Below, piece after piece: positions 26,018-40,200 of a stretch of 64,000 bases of DNA (positions are counted from its first letter, which is position 1; each line of letters opens with the position of its first letter). The position numbers and the translations under genes were made by a program. Location of the stretch: the NCBI GenBank assembly GCA_001949185.1, contig BDGG01000009.1, positions 1,105,624 to 1,169,623 of the forward strand, read 5' to 3'. The notes beneath the pieces were generated by a model, which was not told where the DNA came from, did no database searches, and saw nothing but the letters and a program-made list of their open reading frames with translations. Source of the stretch: Ramazzottius varieornatus (Eukaryota; Animalia; Tardigrada).

Positions 26018-26835
26018 TTGACCTTTGTCAGTGAGCCAACTTCCGCCCTCCGGTGCGATAACTTTTCTCACTCATCACTTCTCCTTCGTTTGTGATACCG
26101 CGATACCTGATCTTTTCTCCCACTAAAACGATGTTCCTCTGAGGTGGAACGAGATTCACTTTGCCTTCCCTTTCCTTTATGTTTTGGTCTAGCCGCTTTT
26201 TCTACCTCACCACTCTGGTTTTCCCTTTGAGCGCTCACTGGTTCCGAGTACTTTTCCGGCAGTAGAGTAAACCTCCTTGACCTATAATCACCAGTTCGTT
26301 GCATATATTTATGGTAGAAACTGGAAACGGGGCTTCTTGACACTTCAGTTTATCCAGATATCTCAAAAACCTTCCGACTTTTCCGTGCTCGTAGGTTCTC
26401 GCATCGCCATAACAGAAGGTGTGTACAAAATGTCAGGATACTAGTCCACAGATTTATCCACGGAGCCGGATGTGTCAAGTACCTAACCACAAGAAGGTCC
26501 GGTTCACGAGAGCGCTGCGTCAAGGTACATGTTTGGGTTTTAGATTTGTGATTGATCTGATCTCATATCTATGTGCGGTGGTCATGTGTAGATGACATCA
26601 GCACTATCCGCGAAACTGGCAGTTCCGCTTCGGCTTAACAGAGTTAGAGCAGTCAGAATCGATGCCATCTTGATTATTTTCACTGATCAATCCTTCCATC
26701 AATAGCGTCAGCGAATCAAATTTTCTGCCTTGTCATCCAGGTAAACTCTCGCACAAGGCCACAAGATTCAGGAGGCTGCTATGTGAAACCTGTATCCAGG
26801 TGGGCGTCGCGTGCCCATCGGATGAATGGCGACCA

Positions 26836-26924
26836 TGACGTCACGATTATACAGCACTTTTGTATGCTTTTGCAGGGCTGACTCACAAAATGCAACCAGG
26901 CTACAGTTCATAGTTCATAGTTCA
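26836..26924. promoter_or_regulatory. Motif cluster upstream of GCLC: CRE, ARE/AP-1-like site and AGTTCA x3 direct repeats
   Basis: TGACGTCA at 26836-26843, GCTGACTCAC at about 26877-26886 (minus strand GTGAGTCAGC), AGTTCAtAGTTCAtAGTTCA at 26905-26924. Confidence 0.35.
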
Positions 26925-27190
26925 TACTATATTATTTATGTCTCGACACTTGCATAATTCGTCCTCGTAGTTGAGGACTTTTCTGGTGACGAGTAGAACT
27001 TACCTTCAGGCTCGAAAGGTGTGCTGTAGGCAAGATATCAGACGCCTGACTCTTCAAAGGTGACAAGAGAGACTGTTAATTCTGACATTTGGGCTGGGAA
27101 CAGATCGGCCGGTCTGTCGACGAGTTCGAAGCGTCGTTCGGAAGCATTCAACCCACGACGCCATAATTGTCGGATTCTGTTGTGAAGGAT

Positions 27191-30100
27191 ATGGGGCTTC
27201 TGACAGAAGGTTCGCCTCTCAGCTGGGGAGAGACGAAGAAGTATGCAGACCACGTTCGGAAGCATGGAATACGCCAGTTTATTAACCAGTATCACAAGCT
27301 GAAAGACCGTCGAAATGACCAGCTTATGTGGGGTATGTTAAATTTATCTTCCACTAGATCTTTTGCTCGCATAACATTCTTCGTTTTTGCAGGTGATGAG
27401 GTAAATCTAGGCGCCTGAAATACTTTGGGGATGCATCTTTACGTAATCGAAGGTAGATTGTATAAGAACTGATATGATGGTCGTTACAGATTGAATACAT
27501 TTTGGTGCATTTCGACGATGATAAGAAACTCGCGCAGCTCTCCTTGCGGGCTCCTGACCTGCTGCCAAGGCTGCAGCAAAAAGAAAAGGATGCGCATGAA
27601 AGCGGGTAAGAAGCAGAGGATAACTCGCTATGATAATCAGCTATTTCAGTACGAAGAAACGAACGGGAAAAGATCGTTTTTGCAAGGGACGCACTCTTCT
27701 AGCTGTTAACACTGTAAATATGCGCCACTTGAACAACCGATCTGGTCGAGTTCGTTTTTCAAGTGGCGCACGGCTCCGGCCAGTAACACCGTGACCGAGC
27801 GCCACTTGGAAAACAGTCTTGTCAAGTTTGTCCATTTTCATAGTGGGAATCTGCTAGCGTATTAACAAGTCTCTTTCATTAACCAGAGACGACCACCCAG
27901 CTTTACCGTCGCTTTGGCGGCCGGAATACGCCGCATATATGATTGAAGGAACACCCGGATCGCCCTATGGGTCGTCATTGGGAGCTCTGAACAAAGTGGA
28001 GTCAAATATGCGCCGTCGTCGAGCGGAAGCGCAAAGGCAGCTGCCCGATAACGAAACTGTATTGTGCTTCACAGCTTTTCCAAGGTATGTAATCGAACGG
28101 GACAATATTTGTCTAGATAAGCTGACGTTGGCTACTCGATCGAAATCGACCGTCAGCGTCTACAATACAAGAGGGTTTTTCCTAGACTGGGTTGTCCGAA
28201 CTTCACAAATCCATCTGCCAAGCCCACGCCCAATGATCCCAACGGCGTGGCACGCTCGCTGTTTTTCCCTGACGAAGCAATATTTTCGGGCCATCCTCGA
28301 TTCAAGTGAGGGTGTCTTCTTTGACCATTATGTTTCGGATAGAAATAAATACCCATGGTTTATATTTGGTAGGACTCTGTCCAGGAACATTCGATCCCGC
28401 CGAGGGAAGAAAGTTATCATTAACGTGCCAGGTACTAACGCTGACTGTTCGTGGCTGCAGCTTCAGTGAGTTGGTACGGATGACCACTGTGGTTTCTTTA
28501 GTGTTTAAGGACACGAAGACACCAGTAGGGTTCGTGGAGGACTTCGAGCCTCTTGGTGATGATGGGGAAATCAAAGCAGCAGCCAAGCCCGACCATATCA
28601 TCATGGACGCTATGGGCTTCGGTATGGGATGCTGCTGTCTGCAAGTAAGCAAGAGTATTCATGCGTCTTCCGTGTGGTTTCCATCCTATGGATCTTATCT
28701 GTCGTAATCAATTGATCATAAGCGCTAACGATACTGCTCGAATAGGTTACGTTCCAAGCATCCAACATTGACGAGGGCCGTTTTCTTTACGACCAGCTAA
28801 CGACCCTATGTCCTCTCCTGGTAAGTTGGACCGTTGTCGAGTTCTGATCATAAGACTGTAATAAGGGAACTGAGCGCATGAATGGCGTGCTTCATGAATT
28901 TTATATAACAAGAAATTGCGAGATATGTCAGCAGAGATAACAATTACGACACTGTCGGATTTGAGGGACCGGCTTTCTTACGTCAAAGGTCTTACATGAA
29001 AAAAGCGGGATCGCCCAAGTACGAGAATGATATTTTACTTATGTTTTGTCTGGTTGCAGTTATCCCTGAGTGCAGCTGCGCCGATATACCGAGGGAAGCT
29101 GTCGGATGTTGATTGTCGATGGGACGTCATATCGGGCAGTGTGGACGATCGCACTGATGAAGAGAAAGGACTCACGGTGATTTTCCTGCTTCTCGATTAG
29201 CGGGTCTTTGCTTCTCGCTTCGCCGGATGTGTAAGTATTATTTTTGTTACTTTGCAGCCGAGGGAAAACGCGCGTTTCATAATCCCCAAGTCACGCTATG
29301 GTTCGGTGGATTACTACATCTCTCCTCTTGGAGAAGGCTATAACGATATTCCACTAGTCCATGACGAGCAGCTTTGGCGGGAGATGGTAGATGCAGGTGT
29401 GTGCGTGTGTACTGTTCGATACCGGAAGACTGTATTGTGTAACTGATCTGTTTCCTGACTTTGACAGGAATCGATAGTCAGCTGGCCAAGCATGTGGCGC
29501 ATCTCTTTATTCGCGACCCTGTATCGCTGTTCAGCGAGAAGATCAATCAAGACGATGAACACGAAACTGACCATTTCGAGGTACGAATAGTATATTGTAT
29601 CTGATAGTTGGGACATCGGCAAGTGATTTCGCTCGGGTTTTTTTCTGAAGTGGCGCACTCTCTCGGCCAATGACACCGAAAACGTGCGCCAATTCCGACA
29701 CCAACAACAAAACTCGCCATGAGCGTTTTTCCAACTGGCGCACACTGCCAGCCAATAACTACGTCAAGTGGCGCCACTCGGGATAACGCTGTGGGTAAAA
29801 TCTCTTGCTAACGTCCCAGTTTATTGGGACGGAATAAAGCTGAAACGGTCGTTTAATGTCCAGAACCTTCAGTCTACAAACTGGCAGACAATGCGATTCA
29901 AGCCCCCTCCACCGGATAGTACAATCGGCTGGCGAGTTGAGTTCCGACCTATGGAGGTGAGCCAATCTAGCACTTTTTTGGCCGCTTGTTGCTGTACTTG
30001 ATGCTCTTGAATTCCTAGATCCAAATGACGGACTTCGAGAACTCGGCATTCGTGGTCTTCATCGTTTTACTCACTCGAGTGATTCTCTCGTTCCAACTAA

Positions 30101-31001
30101 ATTTTCTGATTCCACTCTCGAAAGTCGAGGAGAATATGAAGGAAGCACAGAAGCGCGACGCCGCTCGGCAAGGCCAGTTTTACTTCCGCAAGGACATTCT
30201 TTGCGGTAAGGCTATCCCCACGCTTTGAATTGACTTTCATTTTACGTAATGATTTTGTGGTGTTTTACAGAACATAAAGTAAGCTCGTGTAAAAGTTATC
30301 AGAGCTGTGCTCGACCGAAGAAAAACGAGTACGTCAAGATGACCGTTAACGAGATCTTTAACGGCAAAGAGGGCGAGTTTCCGGGTCTAATTCCGCTCAT
30401 TAAAGACTACCTGAGGAATATGGACGTTGACGCGGAAACCAGCTGTACCCTTCTAACTTACCTCCGCTTCATCCGAAAGAAAGCCTCAGGTATGGTTTCT
30501 CCCCCCTTGGCGTCTTAGAATCTGCAGCCGAAACGTACCAGATCGCTTTGTCAAGTGGCGCATGTTATCTGTGTTATTGGCTGAGATAGTGCCCCACTTG
30601 AGAAACCAATCTTTTCCGATATGATGGTTTTCATAACTGGCGCACGTGGTCCGTGTCATCAGCTCAAAGTGTGTGCCACTTGAGATAACGATCCTTTACT
30701 TTCCGTTTGCCGACCGACCGTCTTAGTGGTGAACCGGATGACAATCCGATGTGTTTCAGGCGAACTCATGACAACGGCTTCGTGGATCCGCGACTTCGTG
30801 AAGAATCATCCTGACTACCAACACGACTCTGTCGTCAGTGAGAAGATCAACTATGACCTGATGAAGACGTGTCAGGCTGTTGCCGGCGGACAGTTGCACG
30901 ACTCGAACCTTCTGATCAAGCGTATTGTCCCGGCTGGTAAGGACGATGAAGCGCTGAGCGACGAAGAAGCAGCTGCTATCCACATGACTAACGGTCACTA
31001 A
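27191..31001 (+). CDS. GCLC: Glutamate-cysteine ligase catalytic subunit (includes an 8-nt micro-exon at 27393-27400)
   Basis: [14 protein letters not shown]|DE|[81 protein letters not shown]. Confidence 0.96.
27655..27845. repeat. Family A element, 2 units (GCLC intron)
   Basis: Two hairpins joined by a CGATCTGGTCGAGTT linker. Confidence 0.85.
29609..29818. repeat. Family A element, 2 units (GCLC intron)
   Basis: TGGGACATCGGCAAG...CTTGCTAACGTCCCA. Confidence 0.85.
30519..30720. repeat. Family A element, 2 units (GCLC last intron)
   Basis: Two hairpins; right end TTTGCCGACC. Confidence 0.8.
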
Positions 31002-31567
31002 GTTGGTGGACCATTGGTGGCGATACCCGATCTCTCACAAAGGCACGCATGATTCAATAAAGACGCTGTTAAAGACCTGCTTTTCATGACCTTAGATAGG
31101 AATAACTAGTTGCAGTTCCATTGTGATTTTTACAGAAGAAACTTGAGTTCTTCACAGGGATGATAATTTAACTTCAAGTTCCCTACTGACTTCCCTACTT
31201 TACATCTGCTCCCTCTGTGCAGCCGGATATTTCTGAACTTACAAGCCCTGTGTTTTAGATTTTATCTTCAATTCTTTGATTTAAACTTTATGTTTAAACG
31301 TTGTTCAATCATTTTGATAGCTATCAATTGATTTCTCGGCGAGTAGAGAACGACTTCGGCAGCACTTCACTTCTAACTTAACTCACTTCCTCAGTTATCA
31401 GTAAATTATAACAGCATGAAAAAAGCCAAAAGATTTATGCGTCAAAATATCGAGGTCTGGAATAACCGGGGTGCAAACGGAATTCCACACGTTGATTGCA
31501 GAAAAGACAACAGACTTTACAAACCAAACGAGGTAGTAAAGTATATAATAGTATAACAAAATGTATT

Positions 31568-33727
31568 TTACACAGTTGGTGTCTTCAGCTGCTCGTAAGA
31601 CCCTCCTCCGGTCCTCCGTCTCATTCCACCCCAGATAGTCGCGGGATCACATTCCAGGAACTCCATACAGTTCCTGACGAACCCTTTATCAAACGGATTG
31701 ACTTCCTCTCCTTCCTCATCATGAAAATGGCCATAGCGCTTTCGGTTAATCCTCTCATTGGTTGTCATGGCCATCATGGAGATCTGGTATGTCTGCATGA
31801 CGGCCAAACAGCCGATCCACACCGTGAAGCCCATCGAAATGATCAATATGAACATGGTCCAGGGTGAACACTGCATAGCTGGACCGATCGTCAGAAGAAA
31901 GGCTTCCGAGCTCAACCTGCAGTCTTTGCCTAATTGACCCAAGTACGTGAAACCAGCCCAGATTGTCCAGATACCGGTGAAAGTCAGAAAGAGCAGATAG
32001 CCGAGGAAAAAGCGGTGGTTCTTCTTGCCTATACAATTGCCTACGAATGGGCAGTGATGGTCCATCACTTGGACGCACTTGCCGCAGACCGAGCAGTGCT
32101 TTGAGCGAATGGGTCGTACGACTAGGCAAGTCGTGCAGAGCTTCGACACGTTGAACTCGTTCTTCTCAGCCAGCTCCACGACGGTCTCGAGACGGTCCAT
32201 GGGCGGCGGACTAACGTAACCGGGATCACCCAACCAGGAACGGAGGAAGTTGTACATCAGACCGCTCAGTACGACTAACCAGAGTGTGGCGTTGCTGAAC
32301 GTGGCGATGGTCGGCAGCCAAATTGTAAAGACTGTGAGGATCACGAGGGACTTCACACCGAGGTAGACGGCCAGGGGAAATTGGTCCGCTAACCGGTGGA
32401 AATGCAGCCACTTCCCTGGATAAAAAATGGATTCAGTTTCATAGTGCTGAAGTAAAAGATTGTTTTTCCAAGTGGCGCACGTTTGCAGCCGATAACACTG
32501 CAGACGTGCGCCACTTCGAAAAACAAGTTCGTTTCCAAGTGGTGTACGCCTCCACCTAAAAACAATGTAAACCTGCGCCACTCGGGAAAACGGTCTTGTC
32601 CAGTCTGTTTGCCGAACTCCCAGTTTCATTTACCTATATAATAGGCTGCAAGGCAGTATCCAGCTATGCCCAAACACTTCACCCAGCCGTTGATCCCCGT
32701 TGTAAAGATCCAGCCGACGAACAAGAAAGAAAGAAATGGCAGGACGGAAAATATAAATTTGATCAGCGGTTCATTCCGAGAAATATTCCTGGTCAACCAA
32801 GACCCTTCGAAACCCTTGGCTTCTCTGTGAGATCGAATGATATCTTCAATATATCTATTGCGTTTGTCTGTTAAGGATATGACAAGGGCAGTTTTGTTTT
32901 CTGCGTTCAGCGAATCGACGTCTGCGCCATGTTTGAGAAGTAGCTGGCAGACGCTGGGGTTGGTATTGATGGCTGCCCAATGAAGAGCCGTGTTGCCGTG
33001 TATCCTGTCTTTCAGGTTGATGTCCGCGCCCATGTTGACGAGCAGCCTGGCTGGATCCATGGCACTAACTTTGGTCGACCACATAAGGGGAGTCATACCG
33101 AACTGATCACGAGCGTCGACGTCCACACCCTTGCCCAAGAGGTAGGCTACGATGTGGCTGAAGCCGCGCTGACAGGCAAAGTGGAAGGTCCCGCAGCCGT
33201 CGCGATTGACTACGGTCGGGTCAGCTCCGTTCTGCATCAGGCAAACTACAGCGGCGAGGTTACCCATGAAGGTCGCCCAGTGGAGCGGAGTCGCCTTCAG
33301 CTCGCCACCTTTGAAAAGGAACACACCCGTAATCAGACTGATGTCACGATCAATCGACGCATGACCACGTTAACAATACGTTTTGCCCCATGACGTCATG
33401 CGTCTCGTGTACTGTTATTGAAACATTCGTGATAGTCTCACCTGTGTAATTGAGGTTGGCTTTCTGCTCGATGAGGTACTTCATACACAGCACTTGGTTA
33501 TTTAGAGAGGCCCATTGAAGCAGCGAACAGTCTTCACGGTCGGGAATATTTACATCGTACTGGTAAAGCTCAACCAGTTGTTGAAGCTTTTCGAGATTCC
33601 CACGCTGTACGCAGTCCACCAGAGTCGACGACAGCTCGGTCGGAGACAGCAGTGGCTCGGATTGCGATTCGATCTCGGAGCTTTGTGATCCCCTACCCTC
33701 GTCAGACGTGTCCATGTTCTTCTGCAT
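31568..33727 (-). CDS. ZDHHC17: Ankyrin-repeat DHHC palmitoyltransferase (HIP14 / ZDHHC17/13 type)
   Basis: Ankyrin repeats (SLLQWASLNN, TPLHWA, TPLMWS, TALHWA), then CTTCLVVRPIRSKHCSVC...DHHCPFVGNCIG and TTNE. Confidence 0.9.
32430..32622. repeat. Family A element, 2 units (ZDHHC intron)
   Basis: AAGTGGCGCAC-N25-GTGCGCCACTT; right end TTTGCCGAACTCCCA. Confidence 0.85.
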
Positions 33728-34272
33728 GTTGGATTGGATGGTGAGCGACCTCAGCGACGTGTGATTGCAGATGAAAGGGACAGTCAGCGCAGCTGTCAAT
33801 CTTCGGTAAGGCCACTTCACAGTGTCCTCGTCCGTACGACGATCATTCCAATGCCCGCCACTCCTGGTAGTGCCACACGTGACCGTCCGGAACTCGAAGA
33901 TTTAGAGTACCAAGCAGATGGTCGGATCTCGAAGCACAGAAACGATTCTGGATGAAAATTGAAAGATCCAAAAAGCGAAGTCGTCGACGAAAAAGATCAT
34001 AATTATTTATATCTGAATCTGACACTTAATTTAAATGACATGACAAGGCATGGATTGTTTGCATACGTGTACTACATGACAACCTGTCATAACATCCGGG
34101 AAGGACTTTGGCCATCCACTGTAGCCAGTGTGGTGGAATTTTCATGAGACCGTCTCACTCATTTACGATGGGAAGGCACCCGGAACTTCCGTTATGCAGG
34201 AAGGAGAACCAGGCTCTAGGAAATGTGGAAGACGTCCCTATAGAGCTAGTATGAGCGAAAGTCTGCGAAACC

Positions 34273-34741
34273 ATGGACCAAGAGGAGCCTGTTGAATCTA
34301 CCGATGTGGATGAAGAGCTAGTCAGCACTTTTACTCTACCGGAAGTGTGGCAACGTCTTCCTTGGATGCTGGTGGAGGAGACCTTTGCCTTCCTCAGTCT
34401 TCAAGATGGCCAGCGACTCCGCAGTAGGTAGTACTTGAAACTTGCAGCGAAGCGTTTTCTAGTCCAAAATCAGTGGTGAAGATAATCTCTCTTTTGCAGA
34501 GTTACGTACTTCCGTTTGGAAAGCGGTGTTACAGCGACAGATCTTTTCGACAACCGCATCGTCTTTTTTCACTGGTCAAAAAACGAAACACCGGGACTGT
34601 AACGAAGAGGAAGACAAGCACAAGTTTTATGGAAGAGAATCTGTTACTGAAAGACAACGCCATCAAGCACTTCTGTTGTTACTGGCATCACTCATCTGTC
34701 CACGCCTGACTATCCAGACGCAGCTTTATGCAGGAAGCTGA
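34273..34741 (+). CDS. Short F-box-like ORF, possibly a pseudogene fragment
   Basis: MDQEE...WQRLPWMLVEETFAFLSLQDGQRLR, then a plausible intron and SVWKAVL. It resembles an F-box but no downstream domain is recognised. Confidence 0.35.
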
Positions 34742-34989
34742 TATCTCTACCTCATCCTGTGACCACATTTAGTCTTTTCAACTATAGCGTCAAAGACTAT
34801 TATTGCTTCTGCTATCTTTAAACTTTCCACGACCTGATTCTGCAAAAGTCCCAAATGTTTCGCATTATCGGCATTGAACTTGGTGTAAGGACTGAGGGTT
34901 ACATTAAAACGATTGCGGCTTTTTTCTTTTTCTCGACAAGAAAAGAGCAGGTCTTCTCCGGGCTATGGTACAGTAAGTCCGGACAAATT

Positions 34990-35110
34990 TGGGAGCTGGG
35001 CAAAAAATTTTTACCAGATCGTCTTCCAAGTGGCGCATCTTTTCCGTTTTATTGGTTGGAAGCGTGCGCTTGGGAATACGATCTGGTCAAGTTTGTTCGC
35101 CAAGCTTCCG
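34990..35110. repeat. Family A element, 1 unit (intergenic)
   Basis: TGGGAGCTGGGCAAA...TTCGCCAAGCTTCCG. Confidence 0.8.
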
Positions 35111-37255
35111 CTTGAATTTATGGTATGTACTCAAGTCGATAAATGGATAATACGGACAGACTAGATTTCAGATTTCTGGCTGCAGGGAATTATCGCTTTG
35201 GCAAACCCTCGATTTTAATGCGAAACGATTGAATGTTCAGCGCTTTTAATATATCATTATAATTATCCTAACCCAACGACTGCTTGGTTGATATCAGATG
35301 ATTCAAACACGTACGCTCTTACATAAAAATCACGTATTCGTAGTCTAGCGCAAACAAACAGCCACAAACATGTTGTAAAGGAAATTCAGTCTATCTCAGA
35401 CGATGCCCGAGACCGAAGGCCCTTTCGAACTATCAGTACTCGTACCTTAAAGGGTTCTACAATTTTGCGCCACTCCTGTTCGCCCTTCGGCGTCCGATCG
35501 GCCAGGACTTTCTCAGCTCGATTATAGACTCCCACCCAAGTCACTTTTGGCTTTCTGAAACTGTCTCCGTCCTGAAGGTATCCTGAAGGTCCCTTGATAG
35601 CTCTCGGACATCGTATCGAGCAGGATCTTATCTGCTTCCTCAGTTCTGCGCTTATGCGAGTCATGGCTCGTCGGGCATGTTCGGCAGGAGATGCCTTCGC
35701 CACAGAAGTACCTAAAGTACGCCCCTTCCTTGATCCGACCAAATGACCATCAGACGGACAGTGTGGTCTTTCTTTCAGAGTCTTTCCTCTAAGGAGTCTA
35801 CCTCGTCGAGCTGGTACGGCTTCTCTCGCTCCATCCCACGGACCAGGAAGACATTCAGCAAAATTACACTATACCAATATCGACACTTCTGCCGTTATGC
35901 CCTATGGAATGGACCGATGGACCATCGATGGACCCTACATTCCATTTTTATGGATCTTTTATCGCTTCTTCTATTCGAATCTTCTTGCTCCAGTATAGCT
36001 CTTGCTCCAATGATTCGTATTTTGTACTGTGATTCTTGCCGTTCCTTTTTATAATGCGATTTTTGAAATATTCTATTTTTACTTGAAAAGAGAGTAATGT
36101 CACGGGGAAGTAACGATGCGTCACTTTGACCGCAATCGTTACGTATCCGCGCAAGGGTTAATATTTCCCAGGCGTATCTGCACGTCCGCAGCACGCTTGA
36201 GTCATCCAATAACGAAACCACGACGATCTCAAGAACCTGAGTGGTACCCAGAGGTCACTATATAAGCGAGCCTCTGGGCTCCTTTGTGGCATCTTCCCTA
36301 GTTATTCGAGCTACTTCCTGGTCTGTGTCGGAAAGCCTTGGATGTTCTATTGATTGCTTGATTGAAGTCAGGGTTCCTACCCACCCCTGCTGCCTTACGT
36401 AACACTTGGATGGCCCTTAACGGCGTGGTCAGAGTCGGCTGCCTCATGTTCCATTGTCAACTCTTCACTAGATGCTGCGGTCTGGTCAGAACACTCGAGA
36501 ATTGCTGGGTGGCCGACGTCCAACCACGCTATTTTGGCTTTTCTTAACAATGAATTATAAATTGCTGGTTCAAAAGAATTTGCCCGCTTCCCATGTAGAG
36601 GAAAAGCACCCGGCTTGCTGCTCCGTGGCTACCACAACACGGTAAGATGACCGGCCTCGAACAGAATTAATCTGCAAGGTCTCTGAAGGACTCATTGCGA
36701 AATTAACTCTGATCACAACTCTGATCTTACCGGTCTGGATGCCGGTACGTGCACATAGCAGGGAAAGAACACAGTCCAGTTGGTTCCGCGGAAACATCCG
36801 AAGATCCACAGACGTGTCCAGAAATGAATAAAATATGGCGATAAAGTTGTGACTCGGGATTACTGTAACAGACGCAAACACCAGAAGCACCGCGATCAGA
36901 AAAAAACTTTACCCATCACAATTAGTCCCTGACGACAAATCCGGGTCACCACCCATTCTCCACTGATACTGAATCACCACCACGTCCTTCCCTGGAAATT
37001 TGGACACTGAAAATTTTCCGCTGCTTCCTTGCATCTGTTCCCATTTAGTCGCCGAATTTTCGTCGCTATGGTACGCCTGTTTCGCATCAGTACTTTTCAC
37101 TGTCAATTGCATCAAGTTTCGGGCATTTGCTACTGTCTTTATTGGTTCGTTCACCAAGCGGAATCGAACTAACCCAACACAGAAAGTAACTTCCGGGATC
37201 GGGCAGCCAAATAAAATCTAAAACAGAAACTCATCCCTACGACGAAAAGCAAATT

Positions 37256-40200
37256 TCAGAAGGGCGAATTCATTCCCAGTTTGGTACCAAACTCCAACCG
37301 AGCCCGTTTCTGCAACTTATCCAACTCTGACAATTCGAATCTCATGATCAACTCGTTCAAAGGTAACAAAATAAAAGGCCAAAGAAAGCCAGTCAACCAT
37401 ATCCAATATGGAATGTCAGTCCAGTAAAAATCTAAACGTCCGCTACTCCCAGTGTCGAAATCCTGGATAGTCACATTATGGACGGTGAGATGTTCATGTT
37501 GAACCACAGGAACATCGACCAGGAAGTACAGCACCTGCAACAGCCAGCTGAGGGCCACTGCAAAAAACCAGAATTTGTTCTTCAACGGTGAATACTTCCA
37601 AAAACCCGGTCTGGAAGTGCCATACCCTAACGAAACCACACTGAAGTACAAGACGATCAACAACGCACAGAAATTCTGGCTCAACTTGATACTATTCCTG
37701 GCATCAAACAAACCAAATAAAATGGGGTAACATGTGAAAGCTCCTTCTGTACAGTGCTGACTTAACACCAATGCTTGACAGAGGAGAACTAGGAGAACGG
37801 AAGGCAGCCATCGGATGAGGAGTGTGCGAATGAGCCTCCAGCGAACACCTTCCCGAGAAGAAAGGATGTCTTCAGTGCGGTTCTTGCCCGTGGAGATCCG
37901 CATCAGATTCCTATCGTGTGGTGAGGACAGGAGTGAGATGCTGAGGAAAGGGAGGGTAACGCAGGTCAGAAGGAGGATGTGACCGACGGAGAAGGTCGGT
38001 GGAAGGCAGAGAAGACTGGAGGCTGTCAGTAGAAAGACGAGGGAGATGGCAGCGGACAGGAGGTACTTGCAGCAGTTCCGAAGGACAGCCAGGTTATGCC
38101 TCGACTACGAAAACACAATTCGTAAACTAAAGACCGCAGCCGCAGCGACTTTACTAACAAATAAACGCTTGGCAAAAACACTCGACTAGATCGTTTCAAC
38201 AACTGGCGCACCTATTCGGTGAAATTAGTTGTGGCTGTGCGCCTCTTGGGAAGTTCCATCTGTGCCAGAATTTATTTTCGAGTGGCGCCTGTTTCCAGTC
38301 ATTTTGGCTGGAAGCGAGCGCCACTTGGGAAAACGATCTGGTCAAGTCTGTAGGACGAGTTCCCAAAGAAGCCTCTCTTACTTCGATGACGAGCTGCATC
38401 AGGCTTTGAGGGTCTTCCTTTTGGCAAGAAAGCGAGCAGTTAAGGCTGAGCAGTGTTCGCATAAGCTCGGTCGGCAGACACTGCGAAGGTTTCCGGTCGG
38501 AAGATTGGTTGAAAGAATGCTTATTGAGGCAGCTTTGAGGGTACATTGGCTCTGAAAGAGACCATTCATATTCAGACAGAACCAAGTGATGGAAGGACAT
38601 CGAAGATGACGAGTTGCTTACCGATGGCAATGGAGATGTCAGCTTGAAGGAAGACCGAGCAGTTGTACAGGCTAGCCGAGCTGCCCAGACAACACACGAC
38701 CTCACCATTTTCCTGCATGATGGCTATCATCTCCTTGACAGACTCAGGCGCACAGTCCGTAAAGAGCGAGACGAGTAGCGGGACGTTATCCACTTCCTCG
38801 ATGTGCTCCCGAATGTTCTCGATTCCACGCGGAAGCCGCGCTCGGTTCTCTAGGTTGATCTCCGGTTCCACCACAATGGTCGTCTTGCTTTTCAGCTGGG
38901 ATGTCTCTGGGAGCGGTTGAAAGGTAATGTGCGACTCCAGAGATGTCGGGTCGATACCTGGAACATGCGGGCAAGGTTAGAAAGGGATAATTGAACTTAT
39001 TCCCAACAGGGAAACACGCTCCATCGTTTTCAGCCGACATGTTTAAACATGATTATTCCATATCCCCGATCAGACCAGCGAAGATTCACTCTTATCTCAG
39101 TTGTGTGCAACATCTTTCCTCCCAACAAATGAGGTCAAGGTGTTAGACAAGAACAGCCAAAAACAAGAGGCACACCTTTGGAATCGAGAGAGATGTGACA
39201 GTTCCAGCCGCTTTCGAGACCAAGTCGTTCGGCGAAGACTCGGCTGCGAAGCTCGGTTTCTGGGGAGAAGTGGATGAAGCGGATGCAAGCTTGTTCGAGT
39301 AGATCGATGAGATGGACGAACTCGTTTCTTGATTGATACTGCTGGGCCACACAACCCAAGAAAATCTGGTTCTTGCAGCAGCTTTCGTGAAGGTCGTGGA
39401 GAAGCTCGGTCGAGCTTTCCGATTCGCCCATCTGCACAAAACCGAGCAGATTATTCTATACTCTTTCTCACCTCTTGTCCGAAACTGAGACCGGTAAACG
39501 TAACTTACAGAATTGTTTCCCCAGTGGCGCACGCTTCTGGCCAAAACTAGTGAAGAAGTGCGCCACCGGATAAGAACAAACAAACTCAACCAGATCGTTG
39601 TCCCAACTGCCATTGGTTTGCCGCTATCACCAATGAAGAAGTGCGCCACTTACAATAACAACTTTGGACCTTTCGCTCATCGACCTCCAAGTTAGTTTTG
39701 ATCTTACCTGTGAACTGAGTTCGTGAACAGATGATTCGTCATCTTCGGTAGGCAGCTCGATGAAGATGTCTTCAGAGTCTGAATCCGAGTCAGACTCGTA
39801 CTCTGGAACAGTTTCGATCATGGGCGAGTAACAGAAGGCGGTGCAGTAGGCTGTCATACTAAATCGCGTGTAGAACTCCAGGATGTACTTGCGTTCCTCG
39901 TCTGTCAAGGCACGAACTTCCTGGCCGTTCCAGTAGTCTGTACAGGCGTCCAGTATGAGATCAGCCGTACCTGAAAGACAGATTCAGTTTGTACCAAACC
40001 CAATTTTCTTTCACCGAGTTTCTTCCTATAAATAAACCAAATAATTTCTGAGGACCTGTCTAGCGGAACGTAACAGTACCTTGAGACATGACGTGGGATC
40101 CACCAGACTTTTTGTCTTGTGCGATGACAGACAGCATGTTAGGAAAAGGAGTCTTATACCGTCCCGCATTTGCTCGCGGAGTCTTGGCCGGCTTTCGGTA

